A DNA stretch of 64,000 nt from an uncultured Actinomycetes bacterium (lineage in GTDB: Bacteria > Actinomycetota > UBA4738 > HRBIN12): contig OY969934.1 of the NCBI GenBank assembly GCA_963704725.1, positions 1,792,001 through 1,856,000 on the forward strand, written 5' to 3'. A program made the translations under genes and the position numbers. The stretch's first letter is position 1. Each line of letters begins with the position of its first letter. This document shows, one piece after another, positions 21,156 to 30,514 of the stretch. The notes beneath the pieces were generated by a model, which was not told the origin of the DNA, made no database searches, and saw nothing but the letters and a program-made list of their open reading frames with translations.

Positions 21156-22060
21156 CCGTCTCGCCGTCCGAGGAGGTCGAAGGGGCGCTTCGGGGCGACG
21201 GCGCGGTCGTCGCGCTCGAGACGAGCGTGGTCGCGCAGGGCCTGCCCCCGCCGCGCAACCTCGAGTGCGTGGAGCGCATGTCGGTCGCCGTCCGAGCGGC
21301 CGGTGCCGTCCCGGCCTGGATCGGGATCGTGGACGGCCGGGTCCGGGTCGGGCTCTCCGAGGCCGAGCTCCGGGCGTTCGCCGAGCCGGGAGCCGCGGCG
21401 AAGGTGGCCCGGCGTGACGTGCCGTTCGCCGTGGCGGGGGGCGGCCTCGGCGCGACCACGGTGTCCACGACGATCTGGGCGGCGAGCAGGATCGGGATCA
21501 TGGTCGCCGCGACCGGGGGGATCGGCGGCGTGCATCCGGGGACCGGCGACGTCTCGGCCGATCTCGTCGAGCTCTCTCGGACCCCGATCGTGCTCGTGTG
21601 CTCGGGGCCGAAGTCGATCGTCGACCCGGTGGCCACGGCCGAGCGCCTCGAGGAGCTCGGCGTCGCCGTCGTCGGCTACCGATGCGACCGGCTCCCGTTC
21701 TTCGTCGCGCTCGATGCCGGGGTCGAGCTCGACCAGCGTGTCGACGACCCCGCGTCAGCAGCCCGGCTCGCGGCCGCCCTGCGTGCGACGGGGGCGCCGG
21801 CGGGGATCGTGATCGCCAACCCGGTCCCCGACAGGGTGGCGATGGACGGCGCCGAGGTGGCGCGGGCGGTGCGCGAGTGCGAGGAGGCCGCGACTCGGGA
21901 CGGCGTGCGAGGCAAGGCCGTGACCCCGTTCCTGCTCTCGTGCCTCGCCGAGCGGACCGGCGGCCGGAGCCTCGAGGCGAACCTTGCGCTGCTCGAGTCG
22001 AACGCTCGGCTGGCCGGGGAGATGGCTAGCGCAGCCAGGTCTTCGCGATCGCCTTCGTGA
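21152..22060 (+). CDS. psuG: Pseudouridine-5'-phosphate glycosidase
   Basis: VALETSVVAQGLP, ATTVS, ATGGIGGVH, DVSADL, KSIVD, GKAVTPFLL, SLEANLAL. Confidence 0.92.
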   Translation: MTVSPSEEVEGALRGDGAVVALETSVVAQGLPPPRNLECVERMSVAVRAAGAVPAWIGIVDGRVRVGLSEAELRAFAEPGAAAKVARRDVPFAVAGGGLGATTVSTTIWAASRIGIMVAATGGIGGVHPGTGDVSADLVELSRTPIVLVCSGPKSIVDPVATAERLEELGVAVVGYRCDRLPFFVALDAGVELDQRVDDPASAARLAAALRATGAPAGIVIANPVPDRVAMDGAEVARAVRECEEAATRDGVRGKAVTPFLLSCLAERTGGRSLEANLALLESNARLAGEMASAARSSRSPS

Positions 22061-23072
22061 AGTACCAGGCGTAGCGGAGCGACTTCGGCTTCTTCGACTC
22101 GCCGCCGCGGCGCGTGAGGAACGTGACCGGGACCTCGACGATCCGCGCGTGCTGGCGGAGCGCCTCGATCGTCACCTCCGACGTCCAGAACTGGTCCTGC
22201 TCCAGGATCAGCTTGCGCAGGGTGTCGGCCCGCGTGGCCCGGTAGCCGCTCGAGATATCGGTGACCCGCTGCCCCGTCAGGAGCGTCACGACCCACGAGA
22301 AGAAGTGGACGCCGAGGTGGCGGACCCACGGCCCTCGTTCGTAGTCGCCGAGCATCCGCGATCCGTTCACATGATCGGCCTGGCCCTCCACGATCGGCTT
22401 GATGAGGGTGGAGAGCTCCTCCGGCTGGTGCTGCCCGTCCGCGTCCATCGAGACGACGATGTCCGCGCCGAGCCTCAGCGCGATGTCGTAGCCCACGCGC
22501 AGCGCGAGGCCGCCCCCGCGGCGCACCGGCAGGCTGGTCACCAGGGCGCCGGCGGCCCGTGCCACCTCGGCGGTCCCGTCGTCCGAGCGGTCGTCGACCA
22601 GGATCGGCACGACGACGTGTCCCTCCACCTCCGACGGCATGGCGTGGATCACCGCGCCCACGTTCTCGGCCTCGTTGTAGGCGGGCGAGATGACGACGAT
22701 CCGCTTGCCCTGGGGGATCTCCGCGGCCCGGTCCCAGTCGAAGGCGGACTGGCCGATCGATTCGACGAGCAGCCGGACGTTGCGCTCGGTCGTGTCGACG
22801 TAGGACTGCATCCGCAACAGGAGCAGGAACAGGATGGCCACGGCCACCAGCAGGACCGCGGTGAGCCGGAGCCCCGTCCCCGGCTCGAAGTTGAAGGTCT
22901 CGAAGATCGGGTTGAACAGGTTCGGCGCAACCGCCAGCAGGATGACCCCGGCGGCGATCGCGGCCGAGATGATAAGGCTCAGGCGGCTGATGCCCCGCCG
23001 CCGGTAGCGCGCGATCGAGGCTGCGAAGAACGCCACCGCCAGCAGGGCACCGATGGTGCGGAGCGCGACCAC
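22026..23072 (-). CDS. GT2 polyprenol-phosphate glycosyltransferase (DPM1-like) with an N-terminal DUF2304-like membrane domain
   Basis: Three N-terminal TM helices; PAYNEAENV, VDDRSDDGT, MDADGQH, GSR, TDISSGYRA, EVPVTF..R..GESK. Confidence 0.88.
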   Translation of the reverse strand: MVALRTIGALLAVAFFAASIARYRRRGISRLSLIISAAIAAGVILLAVAPNLFNPIFETFNFEPGTGLRLTAVLLVAVAILFLLLLRMQSYVDTTERNVRLLVESIGQSAFDWDRAAEIPQGKRIVVISPAYNEAENVGAVIHAMPSEVEGHVVVPILVDDRSDDGTAEVARAAGALVTSLPVRRGGGLALRVGYDIALRLGADIVVSMDADGQHQPEELSTLIKPIVEGQADHVNGSRMLGDYERGPWVRHLGVHFFSWVVTLLTGQRVTDISSGYRATRADTLRKLILEQDQFWTSEVTIEALRQHARIVEVPVTFLTRRGGESKKPKSLRYAWYFTKAIAKTWLR

Positions 23073-23073
23073 G

Positions 23074-24249
23074 TCAGGTGGGCGAGCCCTCGCGGACGCG
23101 GCGCCAGCGCGTCGCCGGCATGATGTGGTCGGGGATCACGCGATCGCGGTAGCGCTCGATCGCCGCGAACATCGATTCGATGAGGGTCTCGGAGAGCAGG
23201 TGGGGCTGCAGGCCGAGGTCGAGCAGCTTGGTGTGCGCGGCGTGGTAGTAGTGGTCCTCGAGCTCGACCCGCGGGTTCTCCAGGTGCTCGACCTTCACGT
23301 CGATGCCCACCTCAGCCCCGGCCTTGCGCACGTGCTCGGCCAGCTCCATGATCGAGAACTGCTCGGTGAACTGGTTGAAGACGCGGTACTCGCCGGCCTC
23401 GGGCGGGTTGAGCGCGGCGAGCTCCACGCACTGGATCGTGTCGAGGATGTTGAGGTAGCCACGCGTCTGCCCCCCCGTGCCGTACGCCGTCAGGGGGTGG
23501 CCGATCACGGCCTGGAGACAGAACCGGTTGAGGGCCGTCCCGAAGACCTCGTCGTAGTCGAACCGCGTGAGGAGGCGCTCGTCGAGCATGGTCTCCTCGG
23601 TCTCGATCCCGTACACCACGCCCTGGTTCAGGTCGGTCGAGCGAAGTCCCCAGATCCGGCAGGCGAAGTGGATGTTGTGCGAGTCGTGCACCTTCGTCAG
23701 GTGGTACATCGAGCCGGGGAGCTTCGGGAAGGGCAGCGTGTCGCTGCGGTCCTTGTGGCGGATCTCGATGAACCCCTCTTCGATGTCGATGTTGGGCGTC
23801 CCGTACTCGCCCATCGTGCCGAGCTTGACCAGGTGCGCGTCGGGCGCGAGCTCGGCCATCGCGTAGAGCACGTTGAGGGTACCGACGACGTTGTTGGTCT
23901 GGGTGAACACCGCGTGAGCGCGATCGATCATCGAATAGGGCGCGCTCGGCATCTCGCCGTAGTGGACGATCGCCTCGGGGCGGAACTCGGAGAAGACCCG
24001 CTGCACCACGGCCCAGTCGGTGAGGTCGCCTTCGGTGACGCCGATCTCGAGACCCGTGACCTCGCGGAAGGCCTCGGCGCGAGCCGGCAGGGACGCCCCG
24101 ATCGGCGTGAGCGAGTCGGTGCCGGCCTCGGCGTGGGCCTTGCGGCGCAGGTAGTCGTCGATCGCGTGGACCTCGTGGCCGCGCCGGGCGAAGTGCATCG
24201 ACGTGGGCCACCCGAGGTAGCCGTCGCCGCCGAGGATCAGGATGCGCAT
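23074..24249 (-). CDS. sqdB: UDP-sulfoquinovose synthase
   Basis: GGDGYLGWPT, SAPYSM, NNVVGTLN, KLGTMGEYGTPNIDIEEG, YHLTKVHDS, TDLNQGVVYG, FGTALNRF, NQFTEQF. Confidence 0.92.
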   Translation of the reverse strand: MRILILGGDGYLGWPTSMHFARRGHEVHAIDDYLRRKAHAEAGTDSLTPIGASLPARAEAFREVTGLEIGVTEGDLTDWAVVQRVFSEFRPEAIVHYGEMPSAPYSMIDRAHAVFTQTNNVVGTLNVLYAMAELAPDAHLVKLGTMGEYGTPNIDIEEGFIEIRHKDRSDTLPFPKLPGSMYHLTKVHDSHNIHFACRIWGLRSTDLNQGVVYGIETEETMLDERLLTRFDYDEVFGTALNRFCLQAVIGHPLTAYGTGGQTRGYLNILDTIQCVELAALNPPEAGEYRVFNQFTEQFSIMELAEHVRKAGAEVGIDVKVEHLENPRVELEDHYYHAAHTKLLDLGLQPHLLSETLIESMFAAIERYRDRVIPDHIMPATRWRRVREGSPT

Positions 24250-24311
24250 GATCGCCTCTCTCGCAGGTGGTGGAGAGCGGCCATCCTAGCAACGCGGCCC
24301 GCAGGTCCGGC

Positions 24312-25541
24312 TCAGGCCAGCGCCGCGAGCTCCTCGAGGACCCGGTCGACCTCGGCCGGCGTGTTGTAGTGCGTGAAGCCGATCCGGACCGCGCCGCCCG
24401 TCTCCTGCAGGCCGAGCCGCTCCATCACCTCGAGCGCGTAGTAGTTCCCGTCCCACACGAACACACCGCGCTCGCCGAGGGCCTTGGCCGTCTCGGCGGG
24501 ATGCTGGTCGCCCACGCGCACCGCGAAGGTGGGGGTGCGCTCGCCGATGCGATCGACGTCGGCGATCCCGTACAGCCGGACGCCGGGGACCCGGCGGACG
24601 CCCTCGAGGAACCGGCGCGCCAGCTCCGCCTCCCACGGGACGATCGCTCGCGCGAACGCCTCGCCCACCGCGGCCCTGCGGTCGGAGGCCGCGCCGGCGA
24701 GGCCGGCCAGGTAGCCGACCGCGGCGATCCATCCGGCCATGCCCTCGTGGTTCTGGGTCCCCGTCTCGAACGCGAACGGGAGCTCGTCGCTGGCCGGCCG
24801 CACCTTGTACGGCATCAGCCGGGAAAGCAGCTCCCGGCGCCCGAACAGGATCCCCAGGTGCGGGCCGAAGATCTTGTACGGCGAGCAGGCCACCAGGTCG
24901 GCGCCGATGGCCCGGACGTCGATCCGCCGGTGCTGCGCGAGGTGCACGCCGTCGCACGCGACGATCGCCTCGGTCCGCTCGTGGACGAGCCGCGTGAGCT
25001 CGGCCGCCGGCGTGATCGTCCCGACGGCGTTCGAGGCGAGGGTGAACGCGACGACCTTCGTGCGGTCGGACAGCGCGGCCTCGAACGACCCCAGGTCCAG
25101 CGTGACATCGTCCTCGATCAGATCGACCCACCGGACCTGTGCCCCGGCGTCCTCGGCCGCGAGGACCCACGGCCGAACGTTCGCGTCGTGATCGAGCCGC
25201 GTCACGACGACCTCGTCGCCCGGTCCGAGCGTTCGTCCGATCGAACGCGAGATCGCCAGCAACAGCGTGGTCGCGTTGGGCCCGAACACGACCTCGTCCG
25301 CGTCGGCGTTCAACAGGTCGGCCGCCGCCCGATGGGACTCGGCGACCACGTCGTCGGTCTCCTGGCTCGTGGCGAACGCGCCGTGGGTGTTCGAGTTGCT
25401 CCGGCCGAGGTAGCCGGCCATCGCTTCGATCACTGCTGCCGGGACCTGCGAGCCGCCCGGCGCGTCCACGAACACGATGGGGCGTCCGTCCATCTCACGA
25501 GCGAGGGAAGGGAAGCCCGCCCGGACACCAGAGAGGTCCAT
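24312..25541 (-). CDS. Cysteine desulfurase-like PLP enzyme (VC1184 type, no catalytic Cys)
   Basis: DAPGGSQVP, LDHDANVRPW, ASNAVGT, CSPYKIFGPH, ETGT; WDGNYYA where SufS has its Cys loop. Confidence 0.88.
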   Translation of the reverse strand: MDLSGVRAGFPSLAREMDGRPIVFVDAPGGSQVPAAVIEAMAGYLGRSNSNTHGAFATSQETDDVVAESHRAAADLLNADADEVVFGPNATTLLLAISRSIGRTLGPGDEVVVTRLDHDANVRPWVLAAEDAGAQVRWVDLIEDDVTLDLGSFEAALSDRTKVVAFTLASNAVGTITPAAELTRLVHERTEAIVACDGVHLAQHRRIDVRAIGADLVACSPYKIFGPHLGILFGRRELLSRLMPYKVRPASDELPFAFETGTQNHEGMAGWIAAVGYLAGLAGAASDRRAAVGEAFARAIVPWEAELARRFLEGVRRVPGVRLYGIADVDRIGERTPTFAVRVGDQHPAETAKALGERGVFVWDGNYYALEVMERLGLQETGGAVRIGFTHYNTPAEVDRVLEELAALA

Positions 25542-25592
25542 CGCCGCCTAGACTCGCCGACGCGCCCGCTGCCGACAACCCCGGAGGTGACC

Positions 25593-26417
25593 GTGCGGTT
25601 CGGACTCGACGTCGCCCAGCACCAGCTGACCTGGGAGGAGATCCTCCGCCGGACCGTCTTGGCCGAGGAGGCCGGGTTCGACGGCGTCTGGGTGTTCGAC
25701 CACTTCACCGCGCTGTACGCGGATCCCGACGGGCCCTGCCTGGAGGGGTGGACCCTGCTCGCAGCGCTCGCCGCGGCCACGTCACGCATCCGGCTGGGAA
25801 CGCTCGTCACCGGCATGACGCATCGACACCCGTCGGTGCTGGCGACCGAGGTCGTGACGGTCGACCACGTGAGCGGAGGTCGCGTCGAGTGCGCCGTGGG
25901 TGCCGCGTGGAACGTCGAGGAGCACCGGGAGCTGGGGATCCCGTTCCCGTCGACGAGGGAGCGCATGGAGCGGCTCGAGGAGGGCGTGCAGGTCCTGCGA
26001 CTCCTGATGAGCGGCGAGCGCGCGTCGTTCGACGGCCGGCACCACCGCCTCGATGCCGCGCTCTACCGTCCCGCGCCGGTGCAGCGGCCCACGCCGCCGA
26101 TCTGGATCGGCGCCGCGGGACGGAGGCTGGCCCTTCCCATCGTCGGCCGCCGCGCGGACGTCTGGCACACCTACGGCGGCAACTACGGCGCGAAGTGGGA
26201 TGTCGTCCGTCGAGCCGCGGAGAAGGCGGGACGGGATCCCGCGTCGATCCTGCGCGCCTCGAGCCTGTCGATCAGCGAGCCGTGGGATGTGGTCCGCCGG
26301 GCGTTCGACGCCCACGTCGCGAACGGCGTCTCCTACCTCGTCGTGGAGTGGCCGAGCGAGGGTCGGGGTCGCCTCGACGAGTTCGTCGAGCGCGTCATGC
26401 CGGCGCTCGGAGGCTAG
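25593..26417 (+). CDS. LLM-class, probably F420-dependent, oxidoreductase
   Basis: GFDGVWVFDHF, LEGWTLLAALA, RLGTLVT, VDHVSGGR, GAAW..EH, PPIWIG; GGAGGTGA RBS. Confidence 0.88.
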   Translation: MRFGLDVAQHQLTWEEILRRTVLAEEAGFDGVWVFDHFTALYADPDGPCLEGWTLLAALAAATSRIRLGTLVTGMTHRHPSVLATEVVTVDHVSGGRVECAVGAAWNVEEHRELGIPFPSTRERMERLEEGVQVLRLLMSGERASFDGRHHRLDAALYRPAPVQRPTPPIWIGAAGRRLALPIVGRRADVWHTYGGNYGAKWDVVRRAAEKAGRDPASILRASSLSISEPWDVVRRAFDAHVANGVSYLVVEWPSEGRGRLDEFVERVMPALGG

Positions 26418-27025
26418 ATCCGGTCCCAGCCCGGCGGCAGGACCGGGGCAAGCCAGGACGGGTCGGGGCGCCAGTCGGCCCACTCGCGGTCGAAGGGCGG
26501 CTCGCGCTCGAGGACCCGGCGCAGGCCGGCCTCGCCCTGCATCCGGAACGCCTCGGCGTTGGTTTCCGTGTAGACGCCGAGCGCGATGCCCTCGGCGACG
26601 TCCTCCTCGTCCTTCCATCGCCACGACGACCGGTCGGGCTCGATCACGACGTCGAGGTCGTGGTCGAGGGTGTCGAATCCAACCTCGGAGCGCCGCAGCG
26701 GCGCCTCCACGTTCACGTACCAGCTCCGCGGCCGCCATCGCTCGTCCCAGAAGTGGAGCACCGCGTGGCCGGCCCCGGGCCAGGCGAACGACAGGACGTG
26801 CGCCTCGGACCACCGTCGCTCGACGAGCGTCCACTCGGCGCCCGGCGCCTTCAGCCGGATCGCGCCCTCGTGCGACGGCGGTCCGAACCACGTCGTCCCG
26901 ATCGGGATGTAGAACATCCAGCCGTCGTCGTCATCGAGCGCCACCGTGACCGGGCGCGCCGCCCAGATCCGGCCCCAGAGCACGTCGCGCAGCGCGACGG
27001 CCTCGCCGGGCTCGAATCGGCGCAC
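26414..27025 (-). CDS. DUF402 (FomD/Ntdp-like) protein
   Basis: WYVNVEAP, DTLDHDLDV, WKDEED signature. Confidence 0.85.
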   Translation of the reverse strand: MRRFEPGEAVALRDVLWGRIWAARPVTVALDDDDGWMFYIPIGTTWFGPPSHEGAIRLKAPGAEWTLVERRWSEAHVLSFAWPGAGHAVLHFWDERWRPRSWYVNVEAPLRRSEVGFDTLDHDLDVVIEPDRSSWRWKDEEDVAEGIALGVYTETNAEAFRMQGEAGLRRVLEREPPFDREWADWRPDPSWLAPVLPPGWDRI

Positions 27026-27029
27026 GGCC

Positions 27030-28556
27030 TCAGGAGACCCGGGCCGCGAACGCCGCCTGCGCCGAGTGCAGCAGGCCTTCGGTGCGATCCCGAAGGGCGT
27101 CGACCTCGGCCCGCAGTCCTGCGGCGACGGACTCGTCCTTGAGACCGGCGGCGTTGATCGCGACGTTCGCCAGCGCCGAGTGCGCCGCGGCGTGCAGGAC
27201 GTGCGCGGCCGAGACGCCGTCGGAGGCCGCGTTGGCGTTGCCGAGCTCGGTCACGGTCTTCGCCACCTCGATCAGCGCGGCCGCCCGTTGGGCCACCTCG
27301 AGCGGGACCCGCGCCGCGCCCTCGTACGCCCGCTGGATCGCGGCGCTGCGCTCGGCCCGCTGCCGGTCGTCGTCCTTCGGCAGCCGGAACGCCGCCATCA
27401 CGTCGTCGAACGCTGCGGCGTCGCGGTCGGCCAGCTCGAGGAAGGCGGGGCGGGCCGCCTCGGCCTCCTCCAGGTACGCGCGCATGCGGGGCTCGACGTC
27501 CTCGTACGCCTCCTTGCCGATCGTGAGCCGGCACACCATCGAGATCAGGGCCGCGCCGGCCGCGCCGCTCACCGCCGCCACGGAGCCGCCGCCCGGGGTC
27601 GGCGAGTCCGAGGCCAGGCCGTCGAGGAATCCCTCGATCGTCCGCGAGCCCACACCCTCCTCGTTCACGAGGGCCTCCAGGATCTGCGTGCGTGCATCGA
27701 ATCCCTCCAGTCGTAAGTGGTCGGGGTCGCCGGGGGCGAGCGCGGCCCGCGGGACGAGGCCGACGATCTCCGAGGAGACGATCCGACGGCCCCGCTCCCC
27801 GGCCAGCCTCGCCACCTCGTCGAACGCGGTGCGCGCGGACGTCACGTCGACGTCCACGAGGTTCATCGAGACCGTGACGCCGCCGCGCTCGGGGACCTCG
27901 AAGCCGATCGCGCGGACCGCCGGCAGCCCGCCGCTCGACTCGCGGACCGCGCGCGCGATGTCCTTCGCCTCCTCGACGGAGCCCTCGAGGTAGACGTTGA
28001 ACGCCACGAGGGGCTTGCGCGCGCCCACGGCGGTCGCGCCGGCCTGGCCGATGCGAGCGGGCCCGAAGTCGGGGAGCCGCTCGCCGCGCTCGACCGCCTC
28101 GCGAAGGCCCTCGAGCTCACCGCGTCGGACCTCGGCCAGGCTGGCGCGCTCGGGCGTGAGGGCGGCGCGGTCGTACAGGTACACGGGCAGGTCGAGCGTC
28201 TCGGCCAGCTCGGCTCCGAACGCCCGGGCCAGCTCGACCACCTCGTCCATCGAGATCCCGCGTAGCGGCACGAACGGGATGACGTCCGCGGCCCCCATCC
28301 GGGGGTGGCCGCCCGAGTGGCAGTCCATGTCGATCAGCTCGACCGCCTTCGCCGCGCCGGCGAGGGCGCTGGCGCGGACGGCGTCCGGCGAGCCGACCAC
28401 CGTGGTGTCGAGGCGGTGGTGCTCGGCGTCGGCCTGCCGGTAGACCAGGCGCGCGCCCCGGACGCTCGCCAGCGCGTCGCAGATCGCGTCGATCACCTCG
28501 GCGCGGCGGCCCTCGCTGAAGTTCGGCACGCAGACGACGAGCGCGTCGGGGTCCAT
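27030..28556 (-). CDS. ftcD: Bifunctional glutamate formiminotransferase / cyclodeaminase
   Basis: CVPNFSEGR, HHR, GGHPRMGAADVIPFVP, VGARKPLVAFN, VSMNL, SEIVGLVP; second domain SPTPGGGS, NAASD, NVAIN. Confidence 0.92.
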   Translation of the reverse strand: MDPDALVVCVPNFSEGRRAEVIDAICDALASVRGARLVYRQADAEHHRLDTTVVGSPDAVRASALAGAAKAVELIDMDCHSGGHPRMGAADVIPFVPLRGISMDEVVELARAFGAELAETLDLPVYLYDRAALTPERASLAEVRRGELEGLREAVERGERLPDFGPARIGQAGATAVGARKPLVAFNVYLEGSVEEAKDIARAVRESSGGLPAVRAIGFEVPERGGVTVSMNLVDVDVTSARTAFDEVARLAGERGRRIVSSEIVGLVPRAALAPGDPDHLRLEGFDARTQILEALVNEEGVGSRTIEGFLDGLASDSPTPGGGSVAAVSGAAGAALISMVCRLTIGKEAYEDVEPRMRAYLEEAEAARPAFLELADRDAAAFDDVMAAFRLPKDDDRQRAERSAAIQRAYEGAARVPLEVAQRAAALIEVAKTVTELGNANAASDGVSAAHVLHAAAHSALANVAINAAGLKDESVAAGLRAEVDALRDRTEGLLHSAQAAFAARVS

Positions 28557-28603
28557 CGCCGCGACAGCCTATCGGCCGGGCGCGACGGATAGGATGCCGG
28601 CCG

Positions 28604-29305
28604 ATGGTCTCGGAACCGCGCGTCGTCCCGCTCCACGTCGCCGACGTGCACCTGCCGGAGGGGGAGCGGTGGCCGGCGGGCAAGCCGTTCCCGATCCTGG
28701 CCCACGCCGTCACCCATCGCGACGGCGTCTTCCTGTTCGACACCGGGATGGGCGGCGGCAATGCGGAGGTCGAGGAGCTCTTCTCGCCCGAGCGGTACCC
28801 ACTGGAGGAGGCGCTCGCGGCGCACGGCATCGAGCTGGGGGACGTGACGGCCGCGGCCAACTGCCACCTGCACATCGACCACGGCGGTCAGAACGGGCTC
28901 CTGCCCGGCCGGCCGATCTTCGTGCAGCGGGCCGAGTGGGCCATGGTGCACGAGCCCGACTACACGGTCCCGGAGTGGGTGGACGTGCCCGGCCTCGCGT
29001 ATGAGGTCCTCGACGGCGAGACCGAGGTCGCGCCCGGGATCCGGGTGGTGCCGACGCCGGGGCACACGCCCGGCCATCAGTCGCTCGTGATCGAAGCCTC
29101 CTCCGGCAGGGTCGTGATCGCGGGCCAGGCGGTGCTGACGGTCGCCGAGTGGGAGGGCTCGACCGCGGCGACCGAGTCGGGCCTGCCGGCCGAGGGCGAG
29201 GACGGGCGCGAGGACTATCTGGCCTCGGTGGGGCGCCTGCGCGGCCTCGACCCGATCCGCGTGCACTTCGTCCACGACCCCACCGTCTGGGAGGCCCACA
29301 CGTGA
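28604..29305 (+). CDS. AHL-lactonase-family MBL hydrolase
   Basis: FDTG, CHLHIDHGG, TPGHTPGHQS, HD near the C-terminus; TAGGAT -10 8 nt before the ATG. Confidence 0.88.
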   Translation: MVSEPRVVPLHVADVHLPEGERWPAGKPFPILAHAVTHRDGVFLFDTGMGGGNAEVEELFSPERYPLEEALAAHGIELGDVTAAANCHLHIDHGGQNGLLPGRPIFVQRAEWAMVHEPDYTVPEWVDVPGLAYEVLDGETEVAPGIRVVPTPGHTPGHQSLVIEASSGRVVIAGQAVLTVAEWEGSTAATESGLPAEGEDGREDYLASVGRLRGLDPIRVHFVHDPTVWEAHT

Positions 29306-30405
29306 ACGCTCTGGAGCTGGCTCGCTCGTTCGTCGAGGACACGGTCCGACCGAATCTCGAGGCGTGGGATCAACAGGCCCGGTATCCGCGCGACGCGGTG
29401 CGAGCGTCGGGCCTCACCGGACTGTTCGCGCCGGCCGAGTGGGGCGGGCTCGACCTGTCGTACCGCGAAGGCATGGACGTGTTCGAGGAGCTCGGCCGGG
29501 GAGACGCCTCGCTCGCGTTCTCGATGTCGATGCACAACGCGGTGACGGCCAACGTCACCCGTTCCGGCGACGAGGAGCTCGTGGGCGCGTGGGGCCGGCG
29601 CCTGACGAGCGGAGAGGCCCTCGGCGGCTTCTCGCTCACGGAGCCCCAGGCCGGCTCCGACGCCGCAGCGCTCACGACGCGCGCGGTGGAGACCACGGAC
29701 GGCTGGCGCGTGACCGGGCGAAAGGCGTGGGTGTCGCTCGCCGGCGAGGCCGACCTGTTCCTCGTCGTGTGCAAGACGACGGGGGAGCCCGGCCACCGGG
29801 ACATCGCGATGCTCGCCGTCGAACGGGAGTCGGACGGCGTCTCGTTCCCCACGATCTACCGCAAGGCGGCCTCGGACTTCCTTCCGATCGGTGAGATGGC
29901 CCTGCAGGACGCGCCCGCACGGATGTTCTCGCCCCCGGGGCAGGGCCTTCGTGCCGCGCTCGGCGCCATCGACGTGGCGCGGTGCGACATCGCGGCGATC
30001 GCGAACGGCCTGCACGCCGAGGCGCTCGACGTGGCGCTGCGGCACGCCCGCGATCGAGCGCTGCTCGGCGGGCGGGTGCTCGACCAGCAGGGGATCCAGT
30101 GGGCGCTCGCCGACGCCGAGACCGACCTCGTCGCCGGGCGGTTGCTGACGCGGCGGGGGGCCGAGCTCCTCGGGACGCCGGAGGGATCGGTCGCCGTCGC
30201 CCACGCCAAGCGGTTCTGCCCGGATGCGGCGCTCCGGGCGGCGCTGCTCGCGAGCGAGGTGCTCGGCGCCTACGGGTGGCTGCTCGACCATCCGCTGGCC
30301 CGGCTCGTCGCGCTGGCGAAGATGCTTCAGGTCGTCGACGGCACCACGGAGGTCCAGCGCGTCGTAATCGCGCGAGACCTGACCCGCCGCGCCGAGGGCC
30401 TCTAG
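29302..30405 (+). CDS. Acyl-CoA dehydrogenase family protein
   Basis: SLTEPQAGSD, GRKAWVS, LGAYG, VDGTTEVQR; GTGA overlap. Confidence 0.9.
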   Translation: MNALELARSFVEDTVRPNLEAWDQQARYPRDAVRASGLTGLFAPAEWGGLDLSYREGMDVFEELGRGDASLAFSMSMHNAVTANVTRSGDEELVGAWGRRLTSGEALGGFSLTEPQAGSDAAALTTRAVETTDGWRVTGRKAWVSLAGEADLFLVVCKTTGEPGHRDIAMLAVERESDGVSFPTIYRKAASDFLPIGEMALQDAPARMFSPPGQGLRAALGAIDVARCDIAAIANGLHAEALDVALRHARDRALLGGRVLDQQGIQWALADAETDLVAGRLLTRRGAELLGTPEGSVAVAHAKRFCPDAALRAALLASEVLGAYGWLLDHPLARLVALAKMLQVVDGTTEVQRVVIARDLTRRAEGL

Positions 30406-30416
30406 CGAACCTCGGC

Positions 30417-30474
30417 TTGACCCCTGTCGGAGCCCGGGTGTACGGTTCGATCTCTCCCTCGAACATACGTTCGA
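30417..30474 (+). promoter_or_regulatory. SigA-type promoter with a LexA (SOS) box
   Basis: TTGACC (30417)-18 nt-TACGGT (30441); TCGAACATACGTTCGA at 30459-30474 matches the actinobacterial GAAC-N4-GTTC box. Confidence 0.88.
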
Positions 30475-30514
30475 TTCCTTCGCGGGAGGTGGTGACCGGG
30501 GGTCGAGGCGGCGC

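Noticed and set aside
28604-29305. Quorum-quenching role for the two MBL hydrolases
   Set aside because: HxHxDH does not define the substrate; this one has AGQA in place of the bridging Asp, and there is no supporting context.
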